Numbered from the stretch's first letter, positions 38,830 to 53,808 are shown. The stretch: 64,000 nucleotides of DNA from Eledone cirrhosa (GCA_964016885.1 OZ024740.1:314960001-315024000); one strand, 5' to 3'. Made by a program: numbers and translations. The notes: generated by a model from the letters alone, not told the origin.

Positions 38830-39790
38830 AACAACAGCAATAGCAACAACAACAACAGCAGTAACAACAACAACAACAGCAATAGCAACAACAACAACAA
38901 CAGCAGTAACAACAACAACAGCAATAGCAACAACAACAACAGCAGTAACATCAACAACAACAGCAATAGCAACTAAAACAACAGCAGTAACAACAACAAC
39001 AGCAATAGCAACAACAACAACAACAGCAGTAACAACAACAGCAATAGCAACAACAACAGCAGTAACAACAACAGCAATAGCAACAACAACAACAACAACA
39101 GTAGTAACAACAACATCAATAGCAACAACAACAACAGCAGTAACAACAACAGCAATAGCAACTAAAACAACAGCAGTAACAACAACAACAACAACAACAA
39201 CAGCAATAGCAACAACAACAGCAGTAACAACAACAACAGTAACAACAACAGCAATAGCAACTAAAACAACAGCAGTAAAAACAACAACATCAATAGCAAC
39301 AACAACAACAGCAGTAACAACAACAGCAATAGCAACTAAAACAAAAGCAGTAACAACAACAACAGCAATAGCAAAAGCATTAACAGCAGTAACAACAACA
39401 ACAGCAATAGCAACAACAACAACAACAACAGCAGTAACAACAACAGCAATAGCAACAACAACAACAGCAATAGCAACAACAACAACAGCAGCAGTAACAA
39501 CAACAACAGCAATAGCAATAGCAACTAAAACAACAGCAGTAACAACAACAACATCAATAGCAACAACAACAGTAGTAACAACAACAACAGCAATAGCAAC
39601 AACAACAACAGCAGTAACAACAACAGCAACAGCAACTAAAACAACAGCAGTAACAACAACAACAGCAATAGCAACAACAACAGCAGTAACAACAACAACA
39701 GCAATAGCAACTAAAACAACAGCAGTAACAACACCAGCAGCAGCAATAACAACTCAAAAGAAAACCGCAGCAACAACAACAGCAGCAATA
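36840..39790. repeat. Compound (AAC/AGC/AGT)n trinucleotide satellite with higher-order unit
   Basis: From ~37950 the unit AACTAAAACAACAGCAGT(AAC)nAGCAATAGC recurs. Confidence 0.95.
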
Positions 39791-39792
39791 AA

Positions 39793-39978
39793 TACTGTTT
39801 CTACTTTCGGCACAAGGCCAGTAATTTTCCAGTGTATTACTGGTACTTTATTTTATCGACCCCGTAAGGATGAAAGGCAAAGTTAACCTCGGCGTGATTT
39901 GAACTCAGAATGGCAAGGGCCGTAACTCTATGCGTCAAAGCATGGTGTCCGACCCTCTACCGATACTGCCAATCCACC
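39793..39978 (-). mobile_element. SINE family A, full length
   Basis: Reverse complement matches 57020-57212. Confidence 0.9.
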
Positions 39979-40208
39979 AACATTAGCTGAATAACAATGA
40001 AATACCACCAACTATATCAGCAACAACAGCAACAATAACAACAACAACAGCAACAGCAACAATAACAACAACAACAGCAACAGCAACAATAACAATAACA
40101 ACAACAGCAACAGCAACAACAACAACAAAATCAAAAATGACAACTGCTGCAGCAACAAGAAAAGAACAATAGGAACGTCAACTACAAAAAAAAACATCCA
40201 AAGAAACA

Positions 40209-40227
40209 ACTACTACTACTACTACTG

Positions 40228-40270
<43 letters not shown>

Positions 40271-40316
40271 CAGAGCCACCACCACCACCACCACCACCAC
40301 CACCACCACCACCACC

Positions 40317-40364
<48 letters not shown>

Positions 40365-40374
40365 GCTGCTGCTG

Positions 40375-40414
<40 letters not shown>

Positions 40415-40427
40415 CGCCAGAACCACC

Positions 40428-40513
<86 letters not shown>

Positions 40514-40623
40514 AACCACCACTACTACTACTAATACTATTACAAAAAACCCAATGCAACAACATCATCAATCACAGCTACAAAAGCACCCAAAGCAATC
40601 GCAACAACAACAACAACAACAAT

Positions 40624-40656
<33 letters not shown>

Positions 40657-40680
40657 AACAATAACAATGAAGCAACAACT
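40209..40680. repeat. (CTA)n/(CCA)n/(AAC)n compound microsatellite
   Basis: Direct observation. Confidence 0.97.
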
Positions 40681-41128
40681 ACAGCAGTAACAACAGCCAC
40701 AACAACATCAACACCAACAAAAATAAGCGCTAAGAGCTCACTCCCATAGGTGGTCTGGAATGAAAAAACATATACCTGGTTTGTATTTTATATTGTTTTT
40801 ATATGTCTTTTGTATCTTTATTATTGATTAGACCCCCCCCCCCACCACCACCACACACACACACAAAAATTTATAAAATAAACAAAAGCAATTACAAGAA
40901 AAGAAAAAGTAAAACAATAAGAATTATAAGTAAAAAAAAAAAGATAGAAATAAAAATATACAATTTTATGAATCTTCAGCAAATTGATATTAATAAAAAG
41001 GTATTTGTCTATTTTTAGATTCTGAAGCATAATGACTTTAAAATGGATTTTGAGATATTGTGTGCATATATGTATGTATTGTGTGTGCTTGTGTGTGTTT
41101 GTGAATATAGATGTTTGTACGAGTGTAT

Positions 41129-41255
<127 letters not shown>

Positions 41256-41270
41256 CTATCTATCTATCTA

Positions 41271-41393
<123 letters not shown>

Positions 41394-41621
41394 GGAGAGA
41401 GAGAGGGGGAGATAGATAGATAGATACATATAAAATATATATAACGAAGGAGGTGTGGTAAGGAATCAGATGGACCATAACGCACCAGAGTACTCAATAC
41501 TTAGGGTAGTAGAGTGGGTAATAGGAAAATGTATGACCCCGACGGCAGAGCTCAAGCCGCCGTTTCGACGGCTATTTCTATCCAGAAATACATTATATAT
41601 ATATATATATATCACTTTCCA

Positions 41622-41817
41622 CATTATATCACTTTCCACATTATATATTATATACAGTGCTTCAAGCAAACTACAACATTTTATTATATCTATAATCTAT
41701 ATATCTATATCTCTCTCTCTATATATATATATCTATATATATATATCTATATATATATGACCCCGACGGCAGAGCTCAAGCCGTTTCGACGGCTATTTCT
41801 GTCCAGAAATACATTTT

Positions 41818-41899
<82 letters not shown>

Positions 41900-41975
41900 A
41901 TATATATATATATATAGGAAAATGTATTTCTGGACAGAAATAGCCGTCGAAACGGCTTGAGCTCTGTCGTCGGGG

Positions 41976-42051
<76 letters not shown>

Positions 42052-42134
42052 AGATATATAGATTATAGATATAATAAAATGTTGTAGTTTACTTGAAGCA
42101 CTGTATATAATATATAATGTGGAAAGTGATATAT
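41622..42134. repeat. ~510-bp foldback palindrome centred on (TA)n
   Basis: 41757-41820 is the reverse complement of 41915-41980; 41622-41720 is the reverse complement of 42030-42134. Confidence 0.9.
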
Positions 42135-42745
42135 GTAAGAAGGTTAAAACAATGCAAAGTGGACGGTAAGATGAAGGTAACGAAAAAGTTAGTTACCTGG
42201 TAGTTTTTTGTTTTTTTTTCGTCCTAATATTTCGGGACTTAAGATTTCCTTCGTCAAAGTATAGGGAAGTCTCAGAGAAAAACCATCCGGTTTATTTGCT
42301 TTGAAATTAGATTTAAATTGAAAATTTATAAACCACTTTCAAGCGTTGTTTGACGTTTGCAGTAGCATTCACGAGAAGCAGAAGGATGACGTCACTTGTC
42401 GTATGTAATGTCTCATGGAATCAAATTGTGTAAATTGTTGTGTTTAAATTGTGTGTGGGTGTGTCCTTTTGTGTCAAGTATTGTGTGCTGAGTTCCATTC
42501 TGTTATTGATTTATGGGTTGAGTCTACGTATAAGCATGGTTTACTTCATTCTTAAATTACCCACATTTCTCTCTCTGGGTTTAATATTGACTGTTATAGT
42601 TTTGATGATGTTTCTGCGTTTTTCAATGTGTTTTTTGAATGAGGATGCGTGTGTGTTGAGGTGTTTTTTTAATGCGGGTGTGGAATGGTCTACACCCGCA
42701 TTAAAGAACAGCTCAACACACACGCATCCTCATTAAAAAAACACA
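42135..42745 (-). mobile_element. Penelope-like element 3' fragment with 5' inversion
   Basis: Minus strand reads HASSFKKHIEK..ERNVGNLRMK*TMLIRRLNP*INNRME (GIY-YIG end, similar to 2731-2883); 42627-42745 is a hairpin; degenerate hammerhead-like motif at 42222-42262. Confidence 0.7.
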
Positions 42746-43069
42746 TAATTTATGTTTATATCATTTATGATATGTTGTTTACCAATGGATAGAACTGGTG
42801 ATTCCAGTTAGTAAACGATGATGCAATAAGATTAAAGCATTCGACGTTATGCAAATCATCCATCGTAGATGTAACAACTCGTGGCTGGTGCAGGAATGGA
42901 GTTAAATATTCATTACAAACAACATATATATGTGCGGTGGTCGTTCACATCTCTTGAAATATGTACTTCTTGCCGGATGCTAAATGAAGACCTACTCGGA
43001 AAAATTGTTAAAAAGTTGGTTGAGGAAATGTTAGTAAAGATATACATGAATATATATATATATATATAT

Positions 43070-43613
43070 ATTTCATTTCCCACTCTTAGTACGGCTGTTA
43101 CTTAAATATAAGTATGTACACATATTACTTAAATATAAGTGAGTAACAGCCGTACTAAGAGTGGGAAATGAAATTTCGTTTCATTTTTCCTGTTTATCGT
43201 ATTCGGTGCACCCGGCCGATTAACCCACTCGATATGCAAATTGGGCTACTCAGCCGTTAATATACATAAGGTAAGTATATACGTTCAACAATCTGGCAGG
43301 AAGGTATACGTTGCTGATGATAGCTAATAAGCTTGAAACTAGTACAGCGTTCCTTTGTCAGTGTTGAACAAACGAGCAACGATGGTTGCTGGACACTACG
43401 GCTTAATACGGGATGTTTGTTTACAAACACTCCGAGCATTATAATAAATGTTCGGTGAATCCATACGTACATATATATATGTGTGCATGTATGTATATAT
43501 ATATATACATACTACTGTATGTCTGTATACATATATGTATGTACGTGTACATACTTATATTTAAGTAACAGCCGTACTAAGAGTGGGAAATGAAATTTCG
43601 TTTCATTTTTCCT

Positions 43614-43619
<6 letters not shown>
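43070..43619 (+). mobile_element. Non-coding hammerhead-bearing unit (retrozyme-like or solo Penelope pseudo-LTR)
   Basis: 56-bp direct terminal repeat 43142-43197/43564-43619 (period 422); inverted copy of terminus 43070-43120; internal hammerhead; flanked by (TA)n. Confidence 0.75.
43308..43350 (+). ncRNA. Type I minimal hammerhead ribozyme
   Basis: Stem I ACGTTG/CAGCGT, CTGATGA, stem II AGCT/AGCT, GAAA, ACTAGT, GTA triplet; stem I changes relative to the 3142 copy preserve pairing. Confidence 0.85.
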
Positions 43620-43649
<30 letters not shown>

Positions 43650-43652
<3 letters not shown>

Positions 43653-44740
43653 TATTGACTGCTCTATCATTGTTGAGCTGACTTAGACGGTTTGGCTGCT
43701 ACTTCCAGCGTCAATATAAGTCTATTGTACGGGTCGTGTCCAACATCAAACCGGTCTTTAGGACCCCTTCCCCATCACAGAGGACTTGATACAAATCTAT
43801 TCACGTGGACCGTCTATGAGATCAAAATCACTGGAAAAATACACCCAAGAAAACTGCCCTCTCCAATAGAATTGTTATATCAAATCCATTGTTTATGAGA
43901 TTACACACAACCCAGAAAATTCTGAAGTTAGCGAAAGATACGTAGATATGGTTCAGGATCGTTTTCAACAACGATATTACACGCATCTCCACTCTTTCAG
44001 GAATCCTGATATGAGAACCAGTACAGCCCTGGCGAAAAAATTCTGGCAATTAAAAGAGAAAGTCCTAACATAAGATCTCTTGGAAGGTACTTGAAAGATC
44101 CTGACCTTATACTAACGGTATCAAGAAATGTCATCTCTTGCTGAGTTAGAAATTTAGGATATTACAAGATTTGTCATCTCCGAACAATATTTACTTGAAC
44201 TCAAAGAGCGAAATATTTAGGTGATGCCTCCATCTTAAAAGCCAACTGCTTGCTAAGTGGAAATATTCAACAAATTCTATTGAATTTCAACCACCTTAAT
44301 GTGATTTATATACTTCCGTTATATCTTTTCTTTTCTTTCTCTTTCTCTTTCCACACTTACATAATACAACACACTTTCTGTACTACTCTACTCGATACCT
44401 TAATAAACATCACCATCTCTATATTACATTCCACCATATAATACAATACTTCTGCTATAGTGTACGAACACAAACACGCGATTGATCTCAAATTTATTTC
44501 TCTATCTTTTATTATGTTTTCTTTTCCGTAAACATGCGTTTATAGCAAAAGTTACTTTTAACGGTATCTTATAAACTAGGCGCCTGAAGAAAGGTCATTA
44601 ATTTGATGGTTCTTGTTTTCTGGAGGTATGGTCAAATTTGGACCTTGAAATATTGGGTAGCGTCTTTGTTCCCTGCATGAACATAAATATATAATATTTC
44701 TGCTCTCTTCCCGATTGAGCACTGCTTTCCTTTTTCCTAT
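43650..44740 (+). mobile_element. Penelope-like element 3' fragment, degenerate GIY-YIG endonuclease plus 3' region
   Basis: NCPLQ*NCYIKSIVYEIT..RYVDMVQDRFQQRYYTHLHSFRN..STALAKKFWQLK..WKVLERS*PYTNGIKKCHL..LNSKSEI. Confidence 0.85.
44578..44665 (+). ncRNA. Type I hammerhead ribozyme with long stem II
   Basis: Stem I AGGCGC/GCGTCT, CTGAAGA, stem II AAGGTC..GACCTT extended by AATTTGA/TCAAATT, GAAA, weak stem III, GTA triplet; lies downstream of the GIY-YIG remnant. Confidence 0.75.
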
Positions 44741-44774
44741 TTACTCCTACGAATATTGCTACATATAATTATAT

Positions 44775-45843
44775 GATGGCTGCAAACTCGTATTCGAGCA
44801 TTGCCATTGCCCGATAAAATGCTAAAAGATTGTGAGGCACGAGTGTGGCTCTTTAAACTAGCCAAAGACTTGGACCCCCTGGCACACACATGGCACCTGT
44901 AGGCTCTTCTGGAACTTTCCATTGCCTTGTTCTGGCTGTGTGTTCTCATGTGTCTTTTAAGAGCTCACATGCTTGCACATTCCTTGCCTTTTCAGATCAT
45001 AATCTACATGAGGTCTTCTAATATGACTTTGTTCGCGTCTAATCAAACCAGCTTTGCTCAGGCAAACTCGACCACAGTGCTGACAAACCAGATGATTATC
45101 AACAGCTGGCAGTTCAGAACAGTTAAATTTCCTTACCTTCCTTTTAGTGTTAGGTGTTCTCTTCCACGAGTTTCAAAGTGTTCACTACATGACTTGATCA
45201 AACGTCTCCACTTCACACGCTCCTCAGCCATTTTCTCCCATTCGTCAGATGAAATTCCAGCACAAGCCAAGGTACCCCTGACAAAGTCCCGGTATCGCAT
45301 TTTTGGTTTGTGTGGTAGTCGCCTTCCTTCACATAGTTCTCCGTAGAGAAGTTGTTTTGGAATACGATCATCAGACACCCGGACCACGTGTTTGCACAAC
45401 CTCAACCGATGCGGAAAGATCATGGTCTCTATAGTCAAGCACCTGCTCCGTTCGAGAACTTCCAAATCACTGACGAACATTTTCTATGGCACCCCAAGTA
45501 ACTTACGAAGAGATTGTTGGTGAAATCTCTCCAGTTCCTTGAGGTGCTTTCTGTATGTGACCCACGTTTCACGAGCATAAAGCAAAGAGGAGACGACACA
45601 AGTCAGATACACTTTTACCTTGGTTTCGATAGTGATACCTCGTCTGGACCATAATCGTTTATGCAGTCGTACAAAAGCATCACTGAATTTCTTGATTCTT
45701 AAGGATATTTCATCATCAAGTGTGCATGAATTGTTCAACGTACTACCAAGGCAAACAAACTTGTCACCAAGTTTAAGCCTCTTTCCGTACACGTACACAC
45801 TTGGTGTAGTGTATTCTTTTCCAGGTGCTGGCTGATACATCAC
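44775..45843 (-). mobile_element. RTE-clade LINE 3' fragment, degenerate
   Basis: KFVCLGSTL..DDEISLRIKK..LWSRRGITIETKVKVY..LLYARETW..RIPKQLLYGEL; C-terminal CHVC..H finger remnants. Confidence 0.88.
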
Positions 45844-46086
45844 AACATAATATAATAATTATATACATATACATATACATACACACACACGCATATATAT
45901 ATATATGCATATTTATATATATATATATGCATACACACACATATATATATATATATATATACATAAATATATATATATATGCCTGTGTGTCTGTGTGTGT
46001 GTACATACACGTATATATACATATATATATATATATAATAATATACATATTTATCTATGCACGCACACACACACACACACACACAG

Positions 46087-46166
<80 letters not shown>

Positions 46167-46511
46167 TGTGAGAGAGAGAGAGAGAGTGAGAGGCTGATCG
46201 ATACATTTTTGTGTATAGACAAAGACTTGTCTGTATGTCTCCTATATTATCACTTTCTACACGACTTGATACTGAAGCATGCAGACATGTATACACACTT
46301 AATCACAACTGTACACTATTAATGTAATCGATGGACCACCACATCCATTGTCTATATTCTCCTCCACCCCCTCTCTATCTCACTGTTTATCTATATGTCT
46401 GTCTGTCTTTATATCTATCTATCAGTCTGTTGTGTTTTGTCTGTCTGTTCGCCCGTCCGTCTATCTATCAATCAATCAGTTTCTCTCTCCCTGTCTCACT
46501 CTTTCTCCCTC

Positions 46512-46549
<38 letters not shown>

Positions 46550-46563
46550 ATCTCTCTCTCTCC

Positions 46564-47403
<840 letters not shown>

Positions 47404-50400
47404 ATAAATATTTGCTCTACGGTTCTTATATATTTGATATATATTTATCCTTATCGAGCCCTCTTTGGATTTTAGTCTTCAAATTTATTATTATTACTAT
47501 ATATATATATATATATATATAAAAACAAATAACGAAACGAAATTAAATTTCGTTTCGTTTGTAACTCACTTTTGTATGACTGACGCTTAAACAATTAAGT
47601 TAAAAATGTACATCCACATATGTATACTGAAATACTAGTATGCATATGAATACACACACGTATACATATGTAGATGTACCGATTTTTATATATATATATA
47701 TATATATATACCCACTTATCTATCTATCCATCTATCCATCACTTTGTCTGCCTGTCATTCTACCTTTCTACCCCTCTGTTTGTTTACCATTTATCTTATC
47801 TGACTGTGTGTCTATATCCCCAGTAAATCTTAGTTCAGCTGCAGTAAAGACAAGCCAAATGTTTTTACTATTTTAAGTTGGATGGGTCGACGTATCTTTT
47901 TTGCATCCTTCCAGGTTTGATAAAATAAGTACAAGAATTACATGCGCCCGGTATCAGCTTTATATTAGGGTCGATATAAACAATTGCACCCCGGTGTGTT
48001 GATGGTTGACTTCTTTTAACGGTTCTCTACTGTAACCATATTTAACACATTGAAGTTTTGTCCGACTAGTACATATAGCAGTAAACCCTTAAAGAAGTAT
48101 ACTTCATCTTTGTAAGTAGCGGTAGTCACTCATAAATAATGATTTCTAAGATAAACACGAGGCCAGAAATATTTACAAGATCCCAGTACTTGGAGTAAGC
48201 CTCATTGTAGTCACTTCACTTGCTAGAAATTGTAGCTAAATATTCCTAAAATTGAACATCCTATTGTTTCAAAAAAGGAAGAAAATTCTGAATATGTTCT
48301 AGATACACTATGTATAAAACAAAAATAATGTCAAACAGGATAGCAATGACTGGAATGTCTTTGATCAAATATCTTCTAAATAAGGATCGACCTAGGATTA
48401 AACAAACAACAGGTTCTTATTTTATGAAACGATGAAAAGTAAAGTTGATTTCAGAATATAAAGAGATGTTAATAAATACCTAGCACAAGGTAGTTTAGCC
48501 GATGCTCTACTCGTTCTGTCAATGCGTTTCATTTACTTGGTGAGCATTATTGGGTTCAACTCCCCTTTTTTGAAACCTGTTATACATTTAAACCTGTTAT
48601 ACATTTAAACCAAGTGGACAGCTGACTCTGTTCAATCAATGGCAACTGGATTCAGTTCACTCACAACATCTGGTAAGGTCGATGCATGGAAATATGATTA
48701 AAATAACAAAAGCAAAAAAAATATCAAAATTGAAATTCCTCGGTGGCAGACAATGCTGAATGTAACTTAGTTATCTCAATCCTGCAGTAATTGGAAGTAT
48801 TGGCAGTTGTGTAAATATTTCTATTAGTCAAATAATTTGGATTTTTCTGTACTACATATCTCATCTTTTGTTTCGTATTAGCTGAGTTTGAACTCAGAAT
48901 CTTTAATTCTAACGCAAATTTTTCTCTTATCTATTATGTCACAGTTACAACGCAGTTCTCTGAGTATTTAATTTATATTTTCCTAAATTTGCTAAAATGA
49001 GAGGTTAATTCAGAACTCACCCTTTCTCTTAGAATATGAAATTACCTATTTTTGGATTTTATTTACTGATTGCTTTTGCTTGCTGACACAGAATACCACT
49101 AGACAACCGAAACTATATCAACTGGAGAATCCTCGAATGGTCTAGGCCGTATATAAATGGTAGGGCAAAGTTGTGGTAGCTGCACTGCAGAAAAAAAGAC
49201 TAATCCTGAAAAATTCCCTGTAACCAGGGATAAATTTAAATTCCAAGTTTGAGGCGTTCGGTAAATGTATGTATGTCTTTAAATTCGCATTACATAACTG
49301 GACTCAGCTAACCTGAATGAGATAATGCGTTCATGCCGGCGTGAGTGGTGAATGTAAGAATGCAGAATTTTCAAATATCTGTGTCCTTTTTCCATTTTCA
49401 TTTCCTTTCTTCCCTTTGCTGTTTAATTTTTTCTTAGAAATATGTAAATTTTATCTTCATTAAGACTCAGTCAACATGTTTAATTCATAAGAAGCATAAC
49501 CCCTTTTAGTTTATTTATCAATCATTTCCCTTTGGTAATAAATTATGAGCTTAATAAACGCAAAAAAAACCCCTTTCCTTACAGAGTGTTCTGAATTTAA
49601 GAAACGGCATTAAAGAGAACTTTGTGCTAAAAAAGCATCACTTAGTCATGGTCATACAGGCGTTAAGATGGCTGCCAATGTTTAACAACAGATGTTCGAT
49701 TTGTTCGGGTATTTTATAGCAACAGTGGTTTGGAAAGGGTTTTTCAATGGTAAGATATATATACTTGTATTAAAACAATATTCCTCACCAGTTATATATC
49801 TTTTAACTGCATCTTGATTAACAAGAAATATAGCTTGAGTTGTGAAAGGTTTTGATATCAGGGTTCTTTGGCCGTTTGCAGGTACGTCTGCGTGTGTCTG
49901 TATGTGTGTCTGTTTGTGTGTATGTCAATGTTGTTGTTCCAAAACTTGTTGTCAATATCTATGATATTACATTATTTATTTAAGAAACGAACAATATATA
50001 ATTATATCAATAAATAAATGAATAAATAAAGTTCACAATAAATGCCTCTTCTTTTCCTAATCTAAAATGTTTTGAAGCATAGTTATGACCTGCATCGATC
50101 CAACTCCACCACATACTGTCATTCTATCATGTAATTATTCATTTCTCTGAGCAGACGATACATTTATCATATGGCTTTAGCTTGGAAATAAATACAGCAA
50201 TTTGGCGCCAAAGGATAGGATGTGAGTATGTAACCTAGCAACATGGATGGAAAACAGACAGATTGAGAGACACACAGATATACATATAGACAGACGGACG
50301 AGCAGACTGATAGGAGACGGATGCGCACAATGGCAGACAGACGGAGAGACAAGGACAAATACTCTGACAGAGAGACGAGAGACAAGGACGACAGACACGC

Positions 50401-51379
50401 AGACAAAAAACAAAATAAAAAAACAATCAGATAAAATCACACATATTACAATACCCATACATTCATATACACTTACTACACATACTAACAAGCTTAAACA
50501 CACACACGCACACGTTATATAGGCATGCATATATATACATACACAGGTGAGCATCCATCAACACATAGAGGGACACACATACACAGACGCTGCCACATAA
50601 ATACAAACTTACTAGCACACAAATTTACTCACAGATATACAAATATAATTACACATATACTGGCCAATTTGCAATCACACATACAGATACCTACACGTAT
50701 TGAGACATTCACATACGCACACACATATCTCGACAAACACACATCCTACATATATATATGTACTCTCTCAAAACATATACAGTATATAGACACGGAGAGA
50801 CATTAACGCACTTTCTTTTTTTTTCTCCCCTTTTCTCTCCTCCACACACATTTACTGAAAACACCGGAAGTATGTATAATGGTGTTAAGTGGCTTCATCA
50901 ATGTTATAAGCGACCATCATCTTTTTTTTTTTTTAGGTGTCGAGTAGAATTGGGTCGTATTTACTAGTCTCTTCTTCATATCATCGAAATGTCACATAAA
51001 TGACCGGGAAATGTAGACACTCGAAATAGATTTAGTTTTGAAAAGCTTTCAAAATAACTTCTGGAAAGTAATGTGCCGATTTGTATGCGTTTGCACGTCC
51101 ACGTGATATATAATACTAAAATAATATATATTTTTCTCTCATAATTCTTCTCAACATCGAAATAAAGTAAACAAAGACAACTAACCCAAGTCAACCAAGA
51201 CCCACCACACAAAAACACGTTTAACACAATTAATTAATAATCTTAAACCCATTAAACATTATATCATACTCATTCTACCAAACAAAACAATGTAAACAAA
51301 ATAAAAATATGATGCAAACAATATATTACACCCTTCAAAACACCGCATATTACACCTACGTTTTGCCTCCCCCAGCAAT

Positions 51380-51525
51380 ATCTATCTCAGTACTTAACTG
51401 GTTCTTTATTTTATCGACCCCGGGAGGATGAAAGGCGAAGTTTACCATGGCAAGATTCAAACACAGAACGTAGAAATTTATAACTAAATACTGCAAATCA
51501 TTTATTCTGACGCTCTAACGATAAT
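51380..51525 (-). mobile_element. SINE family A, older diverged copy
   Basis: CTGGTTCTTTATTTTATCGACCCCGGGAGGATGAAAGGCGAAGTT. Confidence 0.7.
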
Positions 51526-51729
51526 AATGAATTCTAACTGAGTTACAGGGCTGCAAGGTTTCGGATAATGGTTTAATGAATTTAATCTAATTAAGTTTTA
51601 AATTATATTCTTGGGGTTACTAATATATGTTGGCTGTCTGTTCGATACAAAACTTAACCACTTCAGTGTACATAATGCTCAGTTCTGGCACGCGATCTTA
51701 TGTAGCCTTTTATACATTAATTTCATGAG

Positions 51730-52560
51730 TTAGATGTTCTGTTGATTAAACAACTGGAACACTCATCATTGAAACAGACGGAGGCCCATTCCACCCCGTT
51801 TGTATATCAATCAGTAGTCTGTCAATTATATTGGAATACTCATTGAGCCAGTCATACTTTTTTGTCCTCAATCTGATGGTTTCGGCAAGCGTATCAGAAA
51901 GTGTGGATTTCAAGGAAGGGCAGTTGTCAACCACTTCAGCTTTCAAGGTGATTTATGTCTTTGAAACGCTTAGTTTGCCAGACAGAGAATAACGAAATTC
52001 CTTTCAAATACTATGTCGGTTGATCTTGAAGGAATTGAGCTTCTTGATGTTCGATGTTCTGGAGCGTAGTAAGATCACCCAATCCCTTTCCTATTGAGCA
52101 GGTGGGCAAAATATCTTTGAGGTTTTCCAGCCTTGAAATAATGTAATCAATGAGATGCCAGTATTGATTCTGAGATGTATTGAAGATGTCTTGTGTTTGT
52201 GTTCTACTGGAAGATAGTACCAATAATGGTTAGTTCACCTTATCATCATCAGACATCAGGAGCTAGATGTGCATCATATAATTTCCTAACACTTGGGGAA
52301 CTAAGCTTTATAGTGGAGTTGGTGATGCGCATTTTTAAGCATCACAATTGTTACTGTAAAGAGAGTGAGGTCCAAATTGCAAGGGAAGTCCAAGATGATT
52401 GGTACAGCCTTCCTGTTGTAGACCACATCAAAGTTACCCGTCATAGCTTCGTTTCACGGTAGACTCTCCTAACCTTTGACTTTCTGGATTCCAACAGAAG
52501 ATAGAACATATCTACCAGGGCGGACCTGCATCCTATGTTTCAAGGAACCACTGCTGCTTT
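51730..52560 (-). mobile_element. Highly degenerate RTE-like LINE endonuclease-region fragment
   Basis: QYWHLIDYII resembles the RTE APE WHLIDY motif; otherwise broken. Confidence 0.45.
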
Positions 52561-53569
52561 GACATCCTCCACTAAGTTAGCCTGAGGCTGTAAAGCTTGC
52601 AGTTACCATATATCCTTTATTATTTAAGATCTGAGGGGGGATTTGGCTGCTATTTATAGCAGGTCGAACGACAGCATCGAGTCTCTCTCTTGTTAAATCT
52701 ATATATGAATATAATTGAGATGAAGTTTAATTCATGCTTTTTTAAAAAGTATTCACACAATAAGTTAAATGAATTGGTTTCAACCGGATATCGAAATCGC
52801 AGTGCAGACGCATCAACTAGCTGATGGATTTGTCCTTCGTGGTTCGCATAATAAAACCTGAAGTGACAACAGAAAAATAAAGAAAAGAAAGCAATCTAGA
52901 TTTAGATTTAAATCAAAACATTGTTGAATAAAAGACAAGGAAGTTGTATTTAAAAACGAAAGATGTTGTTATGAAAGGAGTAAAACATATGTGAGATGAA
53001 AGATGTTTGAAAGCAAAGTATAAACAGAACAGACACCACGATGAACTAATAATAATGATAAATAAAAGAAAACAGAAAAACAAAATTAAAACAGAGTTGC
53101 GTAGACAAGAACACTGCTACCTACAGACTGTAGGACATTTTCTTTGAAAAGCATTCTCCATACGATAACAATAACACATTTCAGTAAGTACCGACAGTAG
53201 AAACATAACAAGGATTTCTATCTAACGCACATGAGGGACATATATTGTCATAAAACAACAATAACAGCCAACAGCAACAGCAATAACAACAGCAACAAGA
53301 GTATAACAGTAACGACAACAGCAACAACAACAACTGTATAACAGTTACGACAACAATAATAAGAGAAACATTACATAGTACTCTATATATAATAAACTAA
53401 CTAGAAATAATATGAGTTACACCAAACAACACGCACACACGACACACAACACAACACACACACCAACACAACACAATACAACACAACGCACAGTGTCCCT
53501 ACTGTACACACCTGTGACATATGTAAGACATAAAACTGAATGACTCGTATTTATATAAAAATGTTATCA

Positions 53570-53775
53570 TACTGTTGCTGCTGCTACTGCTGCTGCTACT
53601 ACTCCTGCTGCTGCTACTGCTGCTGCTGCTACTACTCCTGCTGCTGCTACTGCTGCTGCTGCTGCTGCTACTACTACTGCTGCCACTGCTGCTACTTATG
53701 CTGCTGCTACTACTGCTGCTACTACTACTGCTGCTGCTGCTACAGCTGCTACTGCTACTACTGCTGCTGCTACTA

Positions 53776-53808
<33 letters not shown>

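Noticed and set aside
36630-40571. Poly-Leu/Val/Asn/Ser ORFs up to 445 aa (also 53540-54706)
   Set aside because: Stop-free by composition of the triplet repeats; no domain evidence
48000-51300. Host coding exons in the AT-rich unique-looking region
   Set aside because: No ORF with recognisable motifs or paired splice signals; contains decayed SINE pieces and simple repeats
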